Shown here: positions 28,989 through 38,663 of the stretch, piece after piece
Numbering within the stretch: position 1 is the stretch's first letter
How the letters are laid out: every line of letters begins with the position of its first letter
DNA from: a virus
Lineage: Duplodnaviria > Caudoviricetes
Virus record (IMG/VR): IMGVR_UViG_3300027985_001099
Coordinates: 1-57,897 of that record
Length of the DNA: 57,897 nucleotides
Strand: one strand, 5' to 3'
Notes under the pieces: generated by a model
Database searches by the model: none
What the model was told of the DNA's origin: nothing
Seen by the model: the letters and a program-made list of their open reading frames with translations, nothing else
Program-made: the position numbers and the translations under genes

Positions 28989-29666
28989 TCAGGCCTTGAT
29001 AGCGTCGAGGTCTTTGATCAGCGGTGCGTAGTCCGATTCCTTCAGCTCGGGTATCCGGCAGGCATTGCGGGCCTGGAACAGCTTATAAACAGCATCGCGA
29101 ATATCTTTTTCGCCCCAACCGGCCTTGACCAGACGGGCGTTAGTACGTCCAAGGGCGGCGCGAACATCGTCGACTGTAGCCACAGCTTCCTCCGGCTCCG
29201 GCTCCGGCTCGAAATCAAACATGGCGTCGGTATCGAAATCCGGGTCATCTTCGGGCTCATCCACCGTGGGCTGGGCGCACGTGGGGGATGACAACTCTGC
29301 CTCTACCTCGGAAACCAGCGCTTTGTCGACGTTCTTTCGGGCGCGCCACGTGCCGTCAGCGTTCTTGGCCTTGGTGCTGGCGTGGATACGCTCATCCCAG
29401 GGGAACCCGCGTTTATCCAGCTCGATGTCCGGAGAGCAGTCCGGTTCATCCAGTTCGACGGGCGAATCGGCAATGTCGGGGGTGGGGTCTTCATGGATGG
29501 GATCTTCCTGGATGGGATCTTCCTGGATGGGGTCATTCGCGGCGGGGGTGTTGGGTACTTCGTGCAGCTGGAAGGCCAAGTTTTGAATGGCCAGGTCCAG
29601 GGTGCGTACGGTTTCATTGAGCGTGACGACGGACTGCGTCAGCTCCGCAATTTTTGCTTCCAGCAT
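28989..29666 (-). CDS. Acidic replication-region protein
   Basis: GGAGG RBS before ATG 29666; LDKRGFPWDERIHASTK..NADGTWR motif; DPIQE repeats. Confidence 0.75.
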   Translation of the reverse strand: MLEAKIAELTQSVVTLNETVRTLDLAIQNLAFQLHEVPNTPAANDPIQEDPIQEDPIHEDPTPDIADSPVELDEPDCSPDIELDKRGFPWDERIHASTKAKNADGTWRARKNVDKALVSEVEAELSSPTCAQPTVDEPEDDPDFDTDAMFDFEPEPEPEEAVATVDDVRAALGRTNARLVKAGWGEKDIRDAVYKLFQARNACRIPELKESDYAPLIKDLDAIKA

Positions 29667-29864
29667 GTCGGTGCCTCCATGGCGTTTGCGCGGGCATTGC
29701 GTTTGCGTTTGGCGCTTAGTGATTACACCACTAGCACATAAAACCGTCAACTGGGTGGAACGGAAATTATACGGTATGTGTAATCTGCTCGTTATGGTGC
29801 TTGATGTGGCATTACCCATACAGCATAATCGGCATTATATGTTCGTGTATTGGATCCGGGGATC

Positions 29865-30113
29865 ATGGCCAGAGGTAGAACCATAAAAACAAAGGAGCTG
29901 GGAGATCTGCAGGATCTTTTTCTGAAGCACTGCCCGCCCAACGAATATGGCGAGCGGTCAATCCCGCTTTTCGCCGCGTTCATCGGCGCGTCCGTTAGCG
30001 TGGTGTACAAGTGGATAGCGAAAAAGTCGGTTAGCCCGGCGTGGGCTAAAACCATCGAGAAAAAAACCAACGGTAAAATCAAGCGATCCCAGCTGAATGA
30101 CCTGTTTAAGTAG
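29865..30113 (+). CDS. Cro-like helix-turn-helix protein
   Basis: FAAFIGASVSVVYKWI...WAKTIEKKT; first gene of divergent unit. Confidence 0.7.
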   Translation: MARGRTIKTKELGDLQDLFLKHCPPNEYGERSIPLFAAFIGASVSVVYKWIAKKSVSPAWAKTIEKKTNGKIKRSQLNDLFK

Positions 30114-30192
30114 TATGTATGCAGTGCTTCTTGCGCTTTTGTAGTAACCGTCGTAGTATTATTACTATGATCGCCCATAGCGAAACCGAAAA

Positions 30193-30510
30193 ATGACTAT
30201 CGAACGCGACACTAGAACCACAACTTTGGAAGTGCGAACGTTCCTGAAATCGTTCGCCAAAGGGCGTGCCTTACTGGATGAAGAAGGCTCGCTAGACCCG
30301 GTAACCCGGCGGGAAAATTTCATCGCCCTATGTACTCGTTGGGGTCTGAATGGCAGCTTCCTGGCGTGCGCGCTGAACCGTAACCTATCCACGATCCGGG
30401 ACTATCGGAGCGGGTGGAAAGAGATCCCGCCGGAGATTTCCGCCGTGTTGAGGTATAAAATGGATGCCCTCACCGAAGATGGCTTGTCACGGCCGAATCG
30501 GCACAAATGA
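30193..30510 (+). CDS. Putative HTH DNA-binding protein
   Basis: LACALNRNLSTIRDYRSG..EIP. Confidence 0.55.
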   Translation: MTIERDTRTTTLEVRTFLKSFAKGRALLDEEGSLDPVTRRENFIALCTRWGLNGSFLACALNRNLSTIRDYRSGWKEIPPEISAVLRYKMDALTEDGLSRPNRHK

Positions 30511-30525
30511 GCTTGGGGGGTACAC

Positions 30526-33099
30526 ATGGATGTGTTACGCGCCGCACTGGAGTACGCGGGGGCTGGGATCGCGGCCCATTGGCTTCAGCCGAAATCAAAA
30601 CTACCTATCGGACAGGGCTGGTCCACGCGACCAACCGCCAGCCTTCAGGAACTGCAAGACACATACCGAAAGGGTAATAACCTGGGGGTCCGCCCCGGCA
30701 AGTTCAGCAAGGTCGGTGACCGATATCTAGTGGTAATCGACCTTGATATTCGTATCGATAGCCACCGGGATATTGCCCTGGCCAAGCTTTCCGAGCTGTT
30801 CCCGTTTCACTCCGACTTACCGACTATTCAATCCGGTTCAGGAGGCCACAGCCGACACTTCTGGATCCTGCTTCCGGTACCGGTTAACTCGCAGATGCTG
30901 GCCCACTCTGACGTCGAGTACACCGGGGACGACGGGCACGTTCACTTTGCCTGGGAGATAGAGGCCTACGGGACAGGTAAGCAAACTGCGGTACCCCCGT
31001 CCATCCACCCCGCGTCCGGAAAAGAGTACATCTGGCTGGCAAACCGGCCCGAGTTTGACTTGGGGATCTGGCCTGAGGCCTGTCTAGTTGACACGCTGCC
31101 CTGTCTTGCCGTTGACGGCTGGGACGACATGTTCGAAGACTCTGGCAACGACTTCGACTTTGTCTATCACTTGAAGCAGCCGTTACCGATCAGCGACGAA
31201 CAAGTCGCCCAGTGCCTTGACACATACCGGGCGGATGGTCTGCACTACAACGACTGGCTTCGGGTCGGCCAGGCTTTGCACCATCAGTACCGCGGAGACG
31301 ACACCGGATTTCAGCTCTGGCTGAACTGGTCCGAACAGTCATCAAAACACGACGACTCACAAATGGCTTACCGCTGGGACAGTTTCGGGCGGTACCAAGG
31401 CGGCCACGGCCCCGTGACCATGTACTCGATCCTGAAGCTGGCCGGCATGGACCCAAAGGCCATACAACGGATCGAGTTGCTGCACAGGTTCATGGTCAAG
31501 ATAAATGAAGTCTCTGATATGGGCGCTATGACCTCACTCCAAGGCGAAATCAGCAAGATACCATTTACCGAGCTCAACGAGGGGGAGCGATCCATTTTGG
31601 CTGGCGTGATGCGTACTCAGATGGCCGCGGTGTTGGGAAAGGGCGTCCAACCCCCAACCCGGGCCGAGATTAAAAAGCAGATCATGCCGACTAAAGCCGG
31701 CCTGGCCGACCAGGCGGCCGACATGGAGGTCCCCGGCTGGATGAAACCTTGGGTCTACGTGACCGCCGATGAGGTATTCTTCCATCGGGGCACCGGTGAA
31801 CGGATCAGCGAACGGGCGTTTAACGCCCTGTACGACGCCGAAGCCGGAAAGTTATTTTCCTACAATGACACCGGCCTCCTGACTGCGGTACACGCCGCAG
31901 AAGCCGCGCTAAACATATTCCAGATCAAAAAGCCGTATCAGACCATGTACTGGCCGGGGCGGAAATCCGTGTTTACCGACGACGGCAAGCTCTACGCAAA
32001 CAGTTACCGCGACACCGGCCCCAAGGCGGACCAGGACACCGGCAGCCGGCGCGGTGTTGAGCTAATGATGATCCACCTGCGAAACCTGTTCCCGAGCCAG
32101 AAGCACCGGGAGCTGGTGCTCGATTTCCTGGCGCACATCGTACAGCACCCCGGAAAGAAACTGCTTTACGCGATACTCATTAAGGGCGTCCAGGGGGACG
32201 GAAAAACCTGGATGCTGGAAATGCTTCAGTCCGTGCTCGGCCGGACGAACACCACTTTGATAAAAAGCGCCCATCTCCGCAAGGAGTTCAACGGCTACTG
32301 CGAGCATTCGATCCTGTGCGGGATCGAGGAAATAAAACAACACAACGCAGATGCCCTGGATGTCCTAAACAACATGAAGGACATGATCACAAACCGGACA
32401 CTACCGGTAGAGCGTAAAGGCGTCGACATCAGCAAGATCAGAAATTTCGCGAACTTCTTCCTGACCACGAATTACTCCGACGCCCTGCCCATAACTAATG
32501 ACGATAACCGATACGCAGTACTGTTCACCCGGTTCGCCACGTCGGATGATGTCGACGACTGGGCCTCCGACTGGGCTAAGAGCTCCGGGTACGAATTCTT
32601 TCCGGCGCTATATGACGAGGTTCAGAGTAACCCCTATCAGTTCCGAGAGTTCTTCGAACAGTACAAATTCAGTGACCAGTACGCCCCGAATCGTCGGGCG
32701 CCACATACCGGGTTCGCTCGGATCATGGAGGTGGCCTCGCGCTCCGAGGCCGAGATGTTGTTGCTGGATATCGTCGATAAAGGCCAAAACCCGGCGCTAT
32801 CGCGAAAGTGTTTTGACTGGGGTAGGTTCAAAACCAAGCTTGACGCCCTAGACCCGGAAAACCGTATCCACGGGCGCTCAGTGTCAACCCTAATGGGTAA
32901 GCTCGGATTCTTCGTTGCGGACCCTGACCGGGTTTGCCACAACGGCGGCAAGTACCGGATATGGACATCTGACCGGTCGTTATTCGATGACCAAATGGCG
33001 CTAACTGCCGCGGGCCTGCAGACAATCAAAACCCTGCTAAGCCAGCAGGAGGCCCAGGATCGCGGCGGGTTTGAGGATAACGTTGAGTCCCTGAGATAG
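30526..33099 (+). CDS. Primase-helicase (Prim-Pol + PriCT-2 + SF3-like ATPase)
   Basis: NLGVR...VIDLD, SGSGG..H, PPSIHP, YNDWLRVGQALH, GVQGDGKT and LTTN motifs. Confidence 0.92.
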   Translation: MDVLRAALEYAGAGIAAHWLQPKSKLPIGQGWSTRPTASLQELQDTYRKGNNLGVRPGKFSKVGDRYLVVIDLDIRIDSHRDIALAKLSELFPFHSDLPTIQSGSGGHSRHFWILLPVPVNSQMLAHSDVEYTGDDGHVHFAWEIEAYGTGKQTAVPPSIHPASGKEYIWLANRPEFDLGIWPEACLVDTLPCLAVDGWDDMFEDSGNDFDFVYHLKQPLPISDEQVAQCLDTYRADGLHYNDWLRVGQALHHQYRGDDTGFQLWLNWSEQSSKHDDSQMAYRWDSFGRYQGGHGPVTMYSILKLAGMDPKAIQRIELLHRFMVKINEVSDMGAMTSLQGEISKIPFTELNEGERSILAGVMRTQMAAVLGKGVQPPTRAEIKKQIMPTKAGLADQAADMEVPGWMKPWVYVTADEVFFHRGTGERISERAFNALYDAEAGKLFSYNDTGLLTAVHAAEAALNIFQIKKPYQTMYWPGRKSVFTDDGKLYANSYRDTGPKADQDTGSRRGVELMMIHLRNLFPSQKHRELVLDFLAHIVQHPGKKLLYAILIKGVQGDGKTWMLEMLQSVLGRTNTTLIKSAHLRKEFNGYCEHSILCGIEEIKQHNADALDVLNNMKDMITNRTLPVERKGVDISKIRNFANFFLTTNYSDALPITNDDNRYAVLFTRFATSDDVDDWASDWAKSSGYEFFPALYDEVQSNPYQFREFFEQYKFSDQYAPNRRAPHTGFARIMEVASRSEAEMLLLDIVDKGQNPALSRKCFDWGRFKTKLDALDPENRIHGRSVSTLMGKLGFFVADPDRVCHNGGKYRIWTSDRSLFDDQMALTAAGLQTIKTLLSQQEAQDRGGFEDNVESLR

Positions 33100-33128
33100 C
33101 CGAATGGGGGCACAAAACACCACATGGA

Positions 33129-33148
33129 GGGGCCTCGGGCCCCTTTTT
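33129..33148 (+). terminator. Intrinsic terminator after primase
   Basis: GGGGCC-TCG-GGCCCC-TTTTT. Confidence 0.8.
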
Positions 33149-33352
33149 GCTGCCCAGTTGAAATTTCACAGCGTGACGAATGTCACACCCGAAATTTCCG
33201 GATGTGGGGCCTAAAAATTCTGAAATTTCCGGGCAGTATGTTTTAGGGGTTTTCAAAATTTCAGAATTTTTGCGAAAAATCCGCCAGGCGGGCCAAAAAT
33301 TCTGAAATCTCTTTACCGGGGGCGTAAACGTCGATTTTTGGGGGCTTGGCTC

Positions 33353-33703
33353 GCCTAGTTTACACCAGACGCCTAGTTTACACGCCTAGTTTAAAACAAA
33401 GTGGCCGTGCGTAACCCGATGTATCCAATACGCTTTTACCAACGCGCCTACTTTAGCCTAGTTTATCCAAGTCGCTACAGGAAAGGGTGAAAAAAAACCA
33501 CACCCTGGTGATGATCGGGCTCACGTGAATTCATCACGCGTATAGGTAGGAACCCAGATAAAGTGGGAAGTAGGCGTGTTTTGCGGATAACGCGTGGGAA
33601 ATCAGGACGTTACGCACGCCTAGTTTATGAATAACTAGGCGCGCATAAGTGGGCGTGTCGGAATAGACTAGACAACTCAACGACTTGCGTCGCGCCTAGT
33701 TTA
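33353..33703. repeat. GCCTAGTTTA iteron-like repeats (candidate lytic origin)
   Basis: Copies at 33353, 33371, 33384, 33456, 33618 and 33694, variant at 33446, inverted partial at 33632. Confidence 0.75.
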
Positions 33704-33706
33704 TTT

Positions 33707-33979
33707 TCACTCTTTCGGGGCGCAGTAGGCCACCACCTGGGTGATCGCCACCTGGCAGCTGTCTATCGTCGCCTCGTGGCTCGCAACCGTATTCAGCAAC
33801 GCTCTGTAGGTTCCGCCACCCCACGGCTGGTACTCACACTCCTGAACCATGGCCTTGGGTACCCGGCACCCCATTTCCTGTCGAACCGGCTGCGGCACCG
33901 TTGGCATCGTGCAGGCTGACGTCAGGCACAAGCAGATCAAGACACTCCAAGCTTTTACGTTCGTTGTCATCACGGGCAT
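33707..33979 (-). CDS. o-spanin (Rz1-like lipoprotein)
   Basis: Lipobox LTSA-C, Pro-rich region then Cys/helical segment; overlaps the i-spanin 3' end. Confidence 0.75.
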   Translation of the reverse strand: MPVMTTNVKAWSVLICLCLTSACTMPTVPQPVRQEMGCRVPKAMVQECEYQPWGGGTYRALLNTVASHEATIDSCQVAITQVVAYCAPKE

Positions 33980-34298
33980 TCTCCGTTTTCAGGTTACTAA
34001 TGCGCTGCTGAGCTCTAGCGAGCTCACCTTCCCGGGCGGCCTTCGCCTGAGCCAGGTTTTGCAGCCGCAGGTCCATTTCGATCAATTTGGCTTCCGCAGC
34101 CACTTTGGCCGCAGCCACGGCGCGAAGCTGGTCAGACAAGATCCGGTTTTCCTTGACCGACGCCCTCAGGTCCCCTTGGGCACGGTCTAGCTTGGATTGC
34201 ACTCGGTCGCCGCTAAACCACGCCAAGGTACCCAAAGCCATCACCACCAGGACAATGACGAGCTTCAGAACAGATATGAATTTATCTAAGGTATTCAT
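33834..34298 (-). CDS. i-spanin (Rz-like)
   Basis: GGAGG RBS, single N-terminal TM segment, long coiled coil, CLDLLVPD end. Confidence 0.75.
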   Translation of the reverse strand: MNTLDKFISVLKLVIVLVVMALGTLAWFSGDRVQSKLDRAQGDLRASVKENRILSDQLRAVAAAKVAAEAKLIEMDLRLQNLAQAKAAREGELARAQQRISNLKTENARDDNERKSLECLDLLVPDVSLHDANGAAAGSTGNGVPGTQGHGSGV

Positions 34299-34526
34299 CA
34301 AAAGGTCCTCCATGACCTGTGGGTGGCCCCACACGGACATTGTACTCTCGGCCCCGTCAAGGCACCATTCCCCGCTTGGAGAATGCCGTTTTGGCGTGAT
34401 AGAATCGTTTTTGGCTGGGTACCCTTGGGTGACGTACTGACCGGGGCATTCCAGGGGCGCTGCGGGTCGGTATTACTGGCCAGAATCCAGCAATAATTTT
34501 TGCCTGTAGGGCCGCACGAGGTGAGC

Positions 34527-34799
34527 ATGGACACGCCGAAGGTAAAACCCGAGACCAACCCGATCGCCAGATATTGGGCGAAGCCGTCAAGGCCGAATGC
34601 CGTCAAGGCGAAATGCTCGGAATGCATGGGGTGTACCCGGCAGGAAATAGTTCCGGGATTCCGCTCCATGATACGCGACTGCGCCAGCAAAAATTGCCCG
34701 CTGCACCCCTGGCGACCGTACCAGCAAAAAACCAGCAGACCGGCCACCCAAGACGGGGGCGAGCAGGAAATTAGCGACTTCACCTCGGAATTTGAGTGA
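34527..34799 (+). CDS. Small Cys4 zinc-binding protein
   Basis: AVKAKCSECMG...IRDC...NCPLHPWRP; GAGG RBS. Confidence 0.7.
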   Translation: MDTPKVKPETNPIARYWAKPSRPNAVKAKCSECMGCTRQEIVPGFRSMIRDCASKNCPLHPWRPYQQKTSRPATQDGGEQEISDFTSEFE

Positions 34800-35333
34800 G
34801 GGGGTACCCATGCCTGACATATGGGGTGTTTGGACTCTTTTTTGGGACGCGCCAGTTTTTGTGACGAAACACTACTGGTGGAACATGAGCTGGGGCCGCC
34901 GGCACCGGCTACAAAAAAAAATTAGCCACTCCGAAAACCGGGTTTATGAAAATTCCCAAATGGGGCCGGTACTTACCCAGAAAATACCCGGGTAGGCGGA
35001 TATGGCGCACGCACACACCGCATATCTTGATCTAAATCAAGATTTAGAGGTTGTGCATGTAAATTTCAGAATGTTTGCCTCACCGCGGCTCTGCGCCCCC
35101 GCGGGTGGCCCGACCAGCTGGAAGGACCCGTGCTACGGGCGTGCTACATAGCCAAAATTTTGGCGTGAACCCGGCGCCCCCGCTGCAGCCAGCCAGCGAC
35201 ACCACAAAGCACAGCACAAGCGCATGGCATGGCAACCCATGGCCTAGCAGTGCAGAGCTCAGGCGGCCAGTATACGGGCCCAGGCACTGGCCAGAATATC
35301 GCCCGCAATAACACGGCCGCCAGGCATAGCACG

Positions 35334-35446
35334 CCCCCAGAATTTCAGAATTCCGGCCCCCAGAATTTCAGAATTCCGGCCCCCAGAATTCCGGCCCCCG
35401 GCCCCCGGGCGCAACACGCCCCCCAGAATTCCGGCCCCAGAATTCC
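35334..35446. repeat. CCCCCAGAATT(TCAGAATT)CCGG repeat cluster
   Basis: Five imperfect copies in a non-coding stretch. Confidence 0.8.
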
Positions 35447-35450
35447 AGGC

Positions 35451-35478
35451 AAAAGAAAACCGGCCCCAGGGGGCCGGC
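35451..35478 (-). terminator. Terminator ending the leftward accessory arm
   Basis: CCGGCCCC hairpin followed by TTTTCTTTT on the minus strand. Confidence 0.7.
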
Positions 35479-35500
35479 CTTGTTGTTTATTGAGTGATTG

Positions 35501-35698
35501 CTACGCGGCTAAGTGCGCCCCGAGCAGTTCCGCGATCTGTCTAACGCGGTCATCGACGACGATCAGGCCGGCATACTCTCGGGACTGTTCCTCGAGCAAC
35601 CAGCGCTCGCCGGAGAGATCCCATTCGCGGCCGTTGTCGTCTACGTGACATGTATAGTCACGACGGGCAAGCAGGGCCCTAGTTCTGACGGTGACCAT
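35501..35698 (-). CDS. Hypothetical protein
   Basis: GGAGG RBS before ATG 35698; bracketed by terminators. Confidence 0.55.
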   Translation of the reverse strand: MVTVRTRALLARRDYTCHVDDNGREWDLSGERWLLEEQSREYAGLIVVDDRVRQIAELLGAHLAA

Positions 35699-35899
35699 GA
35701 TACACCTCCCATCACACCGAGAGCAGGAGCAGCAAGGCGGCAAAAGCGGCTATCGCGTTGCCAGTGGCTAGCCAATGGCCGATCTTGTCGTAGTCCCTCA
35801 TCATGCACCCCACTCAATCCAGCTAAACCCTCACTATAAATATAGTGGGTATTTGGGAAAATACACAAGAAATTAACTGCTTTTGCCCAGCAAGGTGCG

Positions 35900-35926
35900 A
35901 AAAAAAACCGGCCCACAGGGGGCCGG
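35900..35926 (-). terminator. Intrinsic terminator
   Basis: CCGGCCC hairpin followed by T8 on the minus strand. Confidence 0.8.
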
Positions 35927-35946
35927 CTTGTGTGAGTACGGGGCCG

Positions 35947-36162
35947 CTATAGTAAGCGCGCCTTTTCCAGTTGTGCCAGCACGATCCCGATCACCCATTT
36001 CCTCGTTGCGTTGCCCGCGATCCCGATATGATGGCGACAGCCAGAGACAGTGACCACAAAGCGCCGCTTTTCATCCTTTAAAACCTGATTTTCTGCACGC
36101 AACCGGGCGATCAAGGATTTTGCCCTTTCAAGGTCGGAAAGGGCCCTTTCTAGGTCGGTCAT
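35947..36162 (-). CDS. Hypothetical coiled-coil protein
   Basis: G-rich RBS; ATGA overlap with upstream gene. Confidence 0.6.
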   Translation of the reverse strand: MTDLERALSDLERAKSLIARLRAENQVLKDEKRRFVVTVSGCRHHIGIAGNATRKWVIGIVLAQLEKARLL

Positions 36163-36422
36163 AATGCGCCCCCCGTTTCCTGGTTCCATTCCGGCTGGCT
36201 TTTCCATACGCCCCCCGGCCCCCGGTAGTCCGCGCAGATGAAGCGGGCGCCCGTCCATTGCTGGCCATGACGCGTTGCCCGCATAGCCAGCCAAAAATCG
36301 ATCTCCGCTTGCGCTTGGCTGGCTAGCGGCTGATCACGGCGCACTGTCACCGGATATGTGATTTCCATCCGCTGGCCGTCGTGGTCGGCCGTGAAATTCA
36401 AAATTACTTCGATCCAATTCAT
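36159..36422 (-). CDS. Hypothetical protein
   Basis: Tightly packed in the leftward operon; G-rich RBS. Confidence 0.6.
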   Translation of the reverse strand: MNWIEVILNFTADHDGQRMEITYPVTVRRDQPLASQAQAEIDFWLAMRATRHGQQWTGARFICADYRGPGGVWKSQPEWNQETGGAL

Positions 36423-36431
36423 GACGCCCCC

Positions 36432-36881
36432 TTATTTCGCATAACGCTTGCCGGCCATGAAATCCGCAAGCCGAACGGCTTGCGCCCGTGTTTTGCACCG
36501 TGCCCACAGCTCGCCATCATGCGACACGGCCGCGGCATACTCGCCAGCAGGTTGATCGGTTATCGTCCACAAACCGGCATTAAAGCGATCGTGCTGGTAT
36601 AGCGTGCGGCCGTCCGTGGCATCAATACGCACTATGCAAGCCGTGAGCAGGCCGGGCCCCCCTGTGGATCGGTTGCTATGGACTAACAGGGCGATCGGTT
36701 TTATACCCGTCGAGCGGCCGATGTATCCGGTAACGTCGAATTCCTCCGGCCATGCCTTGCCTGTTTCCTGCTCGCCATACCATACCCGCACGCGGGTTTT
36801 ATCGGCATATGCGCGGATCAGGGCGCTTTTAACTGGCTCGCTGGTTCCAGCATCAAAAAAGAAAACATTATCCATGATCAC
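36432..36881 (-). CDS. Conserved phage hypothetical protein
   Basis: RVRVWYG..ETG..W.EE.DV.GYIGRSTG...GG motif recalled from diverse phages. Confidence 0.7.
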   Translation of the reverse strand: MIMDNVFFFDAGTSEPVKSALIRAYADKTRVRVWYGEQETGKAWPEEFDVTGYIGRSTGIKPIALLVHSNRSTGGPGLLTACIVRIDATDGRTLYQHDRFNAGLWTITDQPAGEYAAAVSHDGELWARCKTRAQAVRLADFMAGKRYAK

Positions 36882-37267
36882 GCCCCCGGGAATGCGCGGT
36901 TATGCTCGACAATATCGCCGATGGACGACAGCCGAACGGCTTTTGTATCGTAGGAATAAAAAAGACTCGCTGCGTATGTGTCGCCCGCGTTTAGATACAT
37001 GAAACGAGTGCGGCCTTTTTTATCCTTTAGATATTCGATGCCATGAAATTCTAGTTGCCAGTTAAGTGTATTAAAGATCACCCACGGCAGATCACGCGGC
37101 AATCGCGGCTTATGGTACAAAGTCGAGCAAAGGCGATCATACTCGGCCGTTGCCTCGACATTGATCCGGCCGTCGAGCAATCGCCGCGCCATGCGCAATT
37201 GATGCTCGCTATTCTTGCGCAGCTCTCGCAAGGTTTTAAGCGATGGAACCCGGGAAAATGCTTTCAT
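36878..37267 (-). CDS. Hypothetical protein
   Basis: HGIEY...YLNAGDTY motif; operon packing. Confidence 0.65.
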   Translation of the reverse strand: MKAFSRVPSLKTLRELRKNSEHQLRMARRLLDGRINVEATAEYDRLCSTLYHKPRLPRDLPWVIFNTLNWQLEFHGIEYLKDKKGRTRFMYLNAGDTYAASLFYSYDTKAVRLSSIGDIVEHNRAFPGA

Positions 37268-37279
37268 TATTGCGCCCCC

Positions 37280-37582
37280 CTAACAAAAATAAGTGCCGAC
37301 GATCACCGATTCGCCATCGCTCGACAGTTTAATGACCACTCCAGAAAACGCAGTGTCGTGCGCATAGCCGTGCCATCCGGCCTCGAATAATTCGCCCCCT
37401 TTCTCCAGCACAAGGAATTGATCGGTATCGTATAGCCGGCCCTTATACCTGAAAAAACCAGCATTAAAAGATCCGTCGTCAACTTGATCCCAAGGGATAT
37501 AATCGAATTCCTTGCGCTCGCTGTCTGACAGTTCAAAAGCATCAAATAACGGCCGTGAGTGATTATTTGTTTTGATTTCCAT
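37280..37582 (-). CDS. Hypothetical protein
   Basis: IKTNN..R...FFRYKG...WHGY..DT.FSGVVI; GGAGG RBS. Confidence 0.65.
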   Translation of the reverse strand: MEIKTNNHSRPLFDAFELSDSERKEFDYIPWDQVDDGSFNAGFFRYKGRLYDTDQFLVLEKGGELFEAGWHGYAHDTAFSGVVIKLSSDGESVIVGTYFC

Positions 37583-38079
37583 TATTGGGCCCTCCAATCG
37601 GCCGGGATATCGTAGCAATGTTCGACGCCCTGATCGTTTTCATCGCCGGGTTCGTCGTCCAGATTGCCGGCGCCCGGAATGCAAGGTGAACAGGCCGGAT
37701 AATATCCGATCACGGGCGATTCCACGACGAACACAATAGTTGCGCCCCCCAGTGACGATACCCGCACGGTAACGCCCATATAAACGAATTCGCCCTCCGG
37801 TTCGTCCACGATGAAATCCGGCAAATCATCCTGCCAGCCAGAACGGCCATGCTCCGCCAGCCATTCATCCCTCAATTCGGGATCTATATCGTCGGGATTA
37901 CCGTCCAGCCGGCGGATCTCCGCGTTTTGATGCTCAGAAAAAAAACGATCATATTCTGCGGCATATGCCAAATCCCACAAATCCGCGGCGATATCGCCAT
38001 CAATAGACGATATGGCAATCACACCGAAGGATATACCGGTTTCGGGATTGTAGTTAACACGCTTAGTTTGCCAGAACAT
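37582..38079 (-). CDS. Hypothetical acidic protein
   Basis: NPETGISFG...CSPCIPGAGNLD; operon packing. Confidence 0.65.
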   Translation of the reverse strand: MFWQTKRVNYNPETGISFGVIAISSIDGDIAADLWDLAYAAEYDRFFSEHQNAEIRRLDGNPDDIDPELRDEWLAEHGRSGWQDDLPDFIVDEPEGEFVYMGVTVRVSSLGGATIVFVVESPVIGYYPACSPCIPGAGNLDDEPGDENDQGVEHCYDIPADWRAQ

Positions 38080-38080
38080 A

Positions 38081-38455
38081 CTATTTGCCCCCTTTCATCA
38101 GCGGGTAAAAAGCTTCGCCTTGATAGTCATAAGATCGGATTTTGCTTTCATCGATCTTATATCCCAGTTTTTCGAGCGCATAAATTGCGGCCTCATGGGC
38201 GCCGGAATAGCCAACCTGCTCCCGACGGGATCCTGATTCTACTATCTTAGCCAGCCTGTCGTGCCGGCCGCCTTGCCCTATGTACAGCTCCGCGATATAA
38301 TGCGCCGTGCCGTTGCCGTACATATCGCGGCCATGATCGTAGCAGTCAACCCGGATAAGCATTTCATCGCCGGCCGCCTTTTCACGCTCGAATATTTCCA
38401 GCGCCTCATAATACGGCAAGCCAGCCTTAATATTTTTTGGGATATAATTAGACAC
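38081..38455 (-). CDS. Hypothetical protein
   Basis: Operon packing. Confidence 0.55.
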   Translation of the reverse strand: MSNYIPKNIKAGLPYYEALEIFEREKAAGDEMLIRVDCYDHGRDMYGNGTAHYIAELYIGQGGRHDRLAKIVESGSRREQVGYSGAHEAAIYALEKLGYKIDESKIRSYDYQGEAFYPLMKGGK

Positions 38456-38663
38456 GGTATTTAGCCCTCAGATTGTTTTTAATGCGCCCGATCGCCCAAT
38501 AAACGCCCGCGAAATCCGCCAGGGCAACGGCCCCCAGAGCAACGGCCCATGGCGTATCGCCGGCGAATGTCAACCATATAGCATAACAGCCGGCGGCCAT
38601 TCCGGCGGCCGTGGTGGCCATCATTAAAGCCTTGTGTAAGGCAATATCGGTGTGATCCATCAT
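38448..38663 (-). CDS. Small two-TM membrane protein
   Basis: Two hydrophobic segments and a basic C-terminus. Confidence 0.6.
   Translation of the reverse strand: MMDHTDIALHKALMMATTAAGMAAGCYAIWLTFAGDTPWAVALGAVALADFAGVYWAIGRIKNNLRAKYRV

Noticed and set aside
29818-29845. dif/Xer-like site (CATAA-N6-TTAT)
   Set aside because: XerD arm TTATATGTTCG is a poor match to TTATGTTAAAT; more likely divergent promoter elements
33353-35446. CRISPR array or mini-array
   Set aside because: Repeats are 10-20 bp with irregular spacing and no uniform spacers; the DUF2800 protein is a standard phage exonuclease, not evidence of a Cas system
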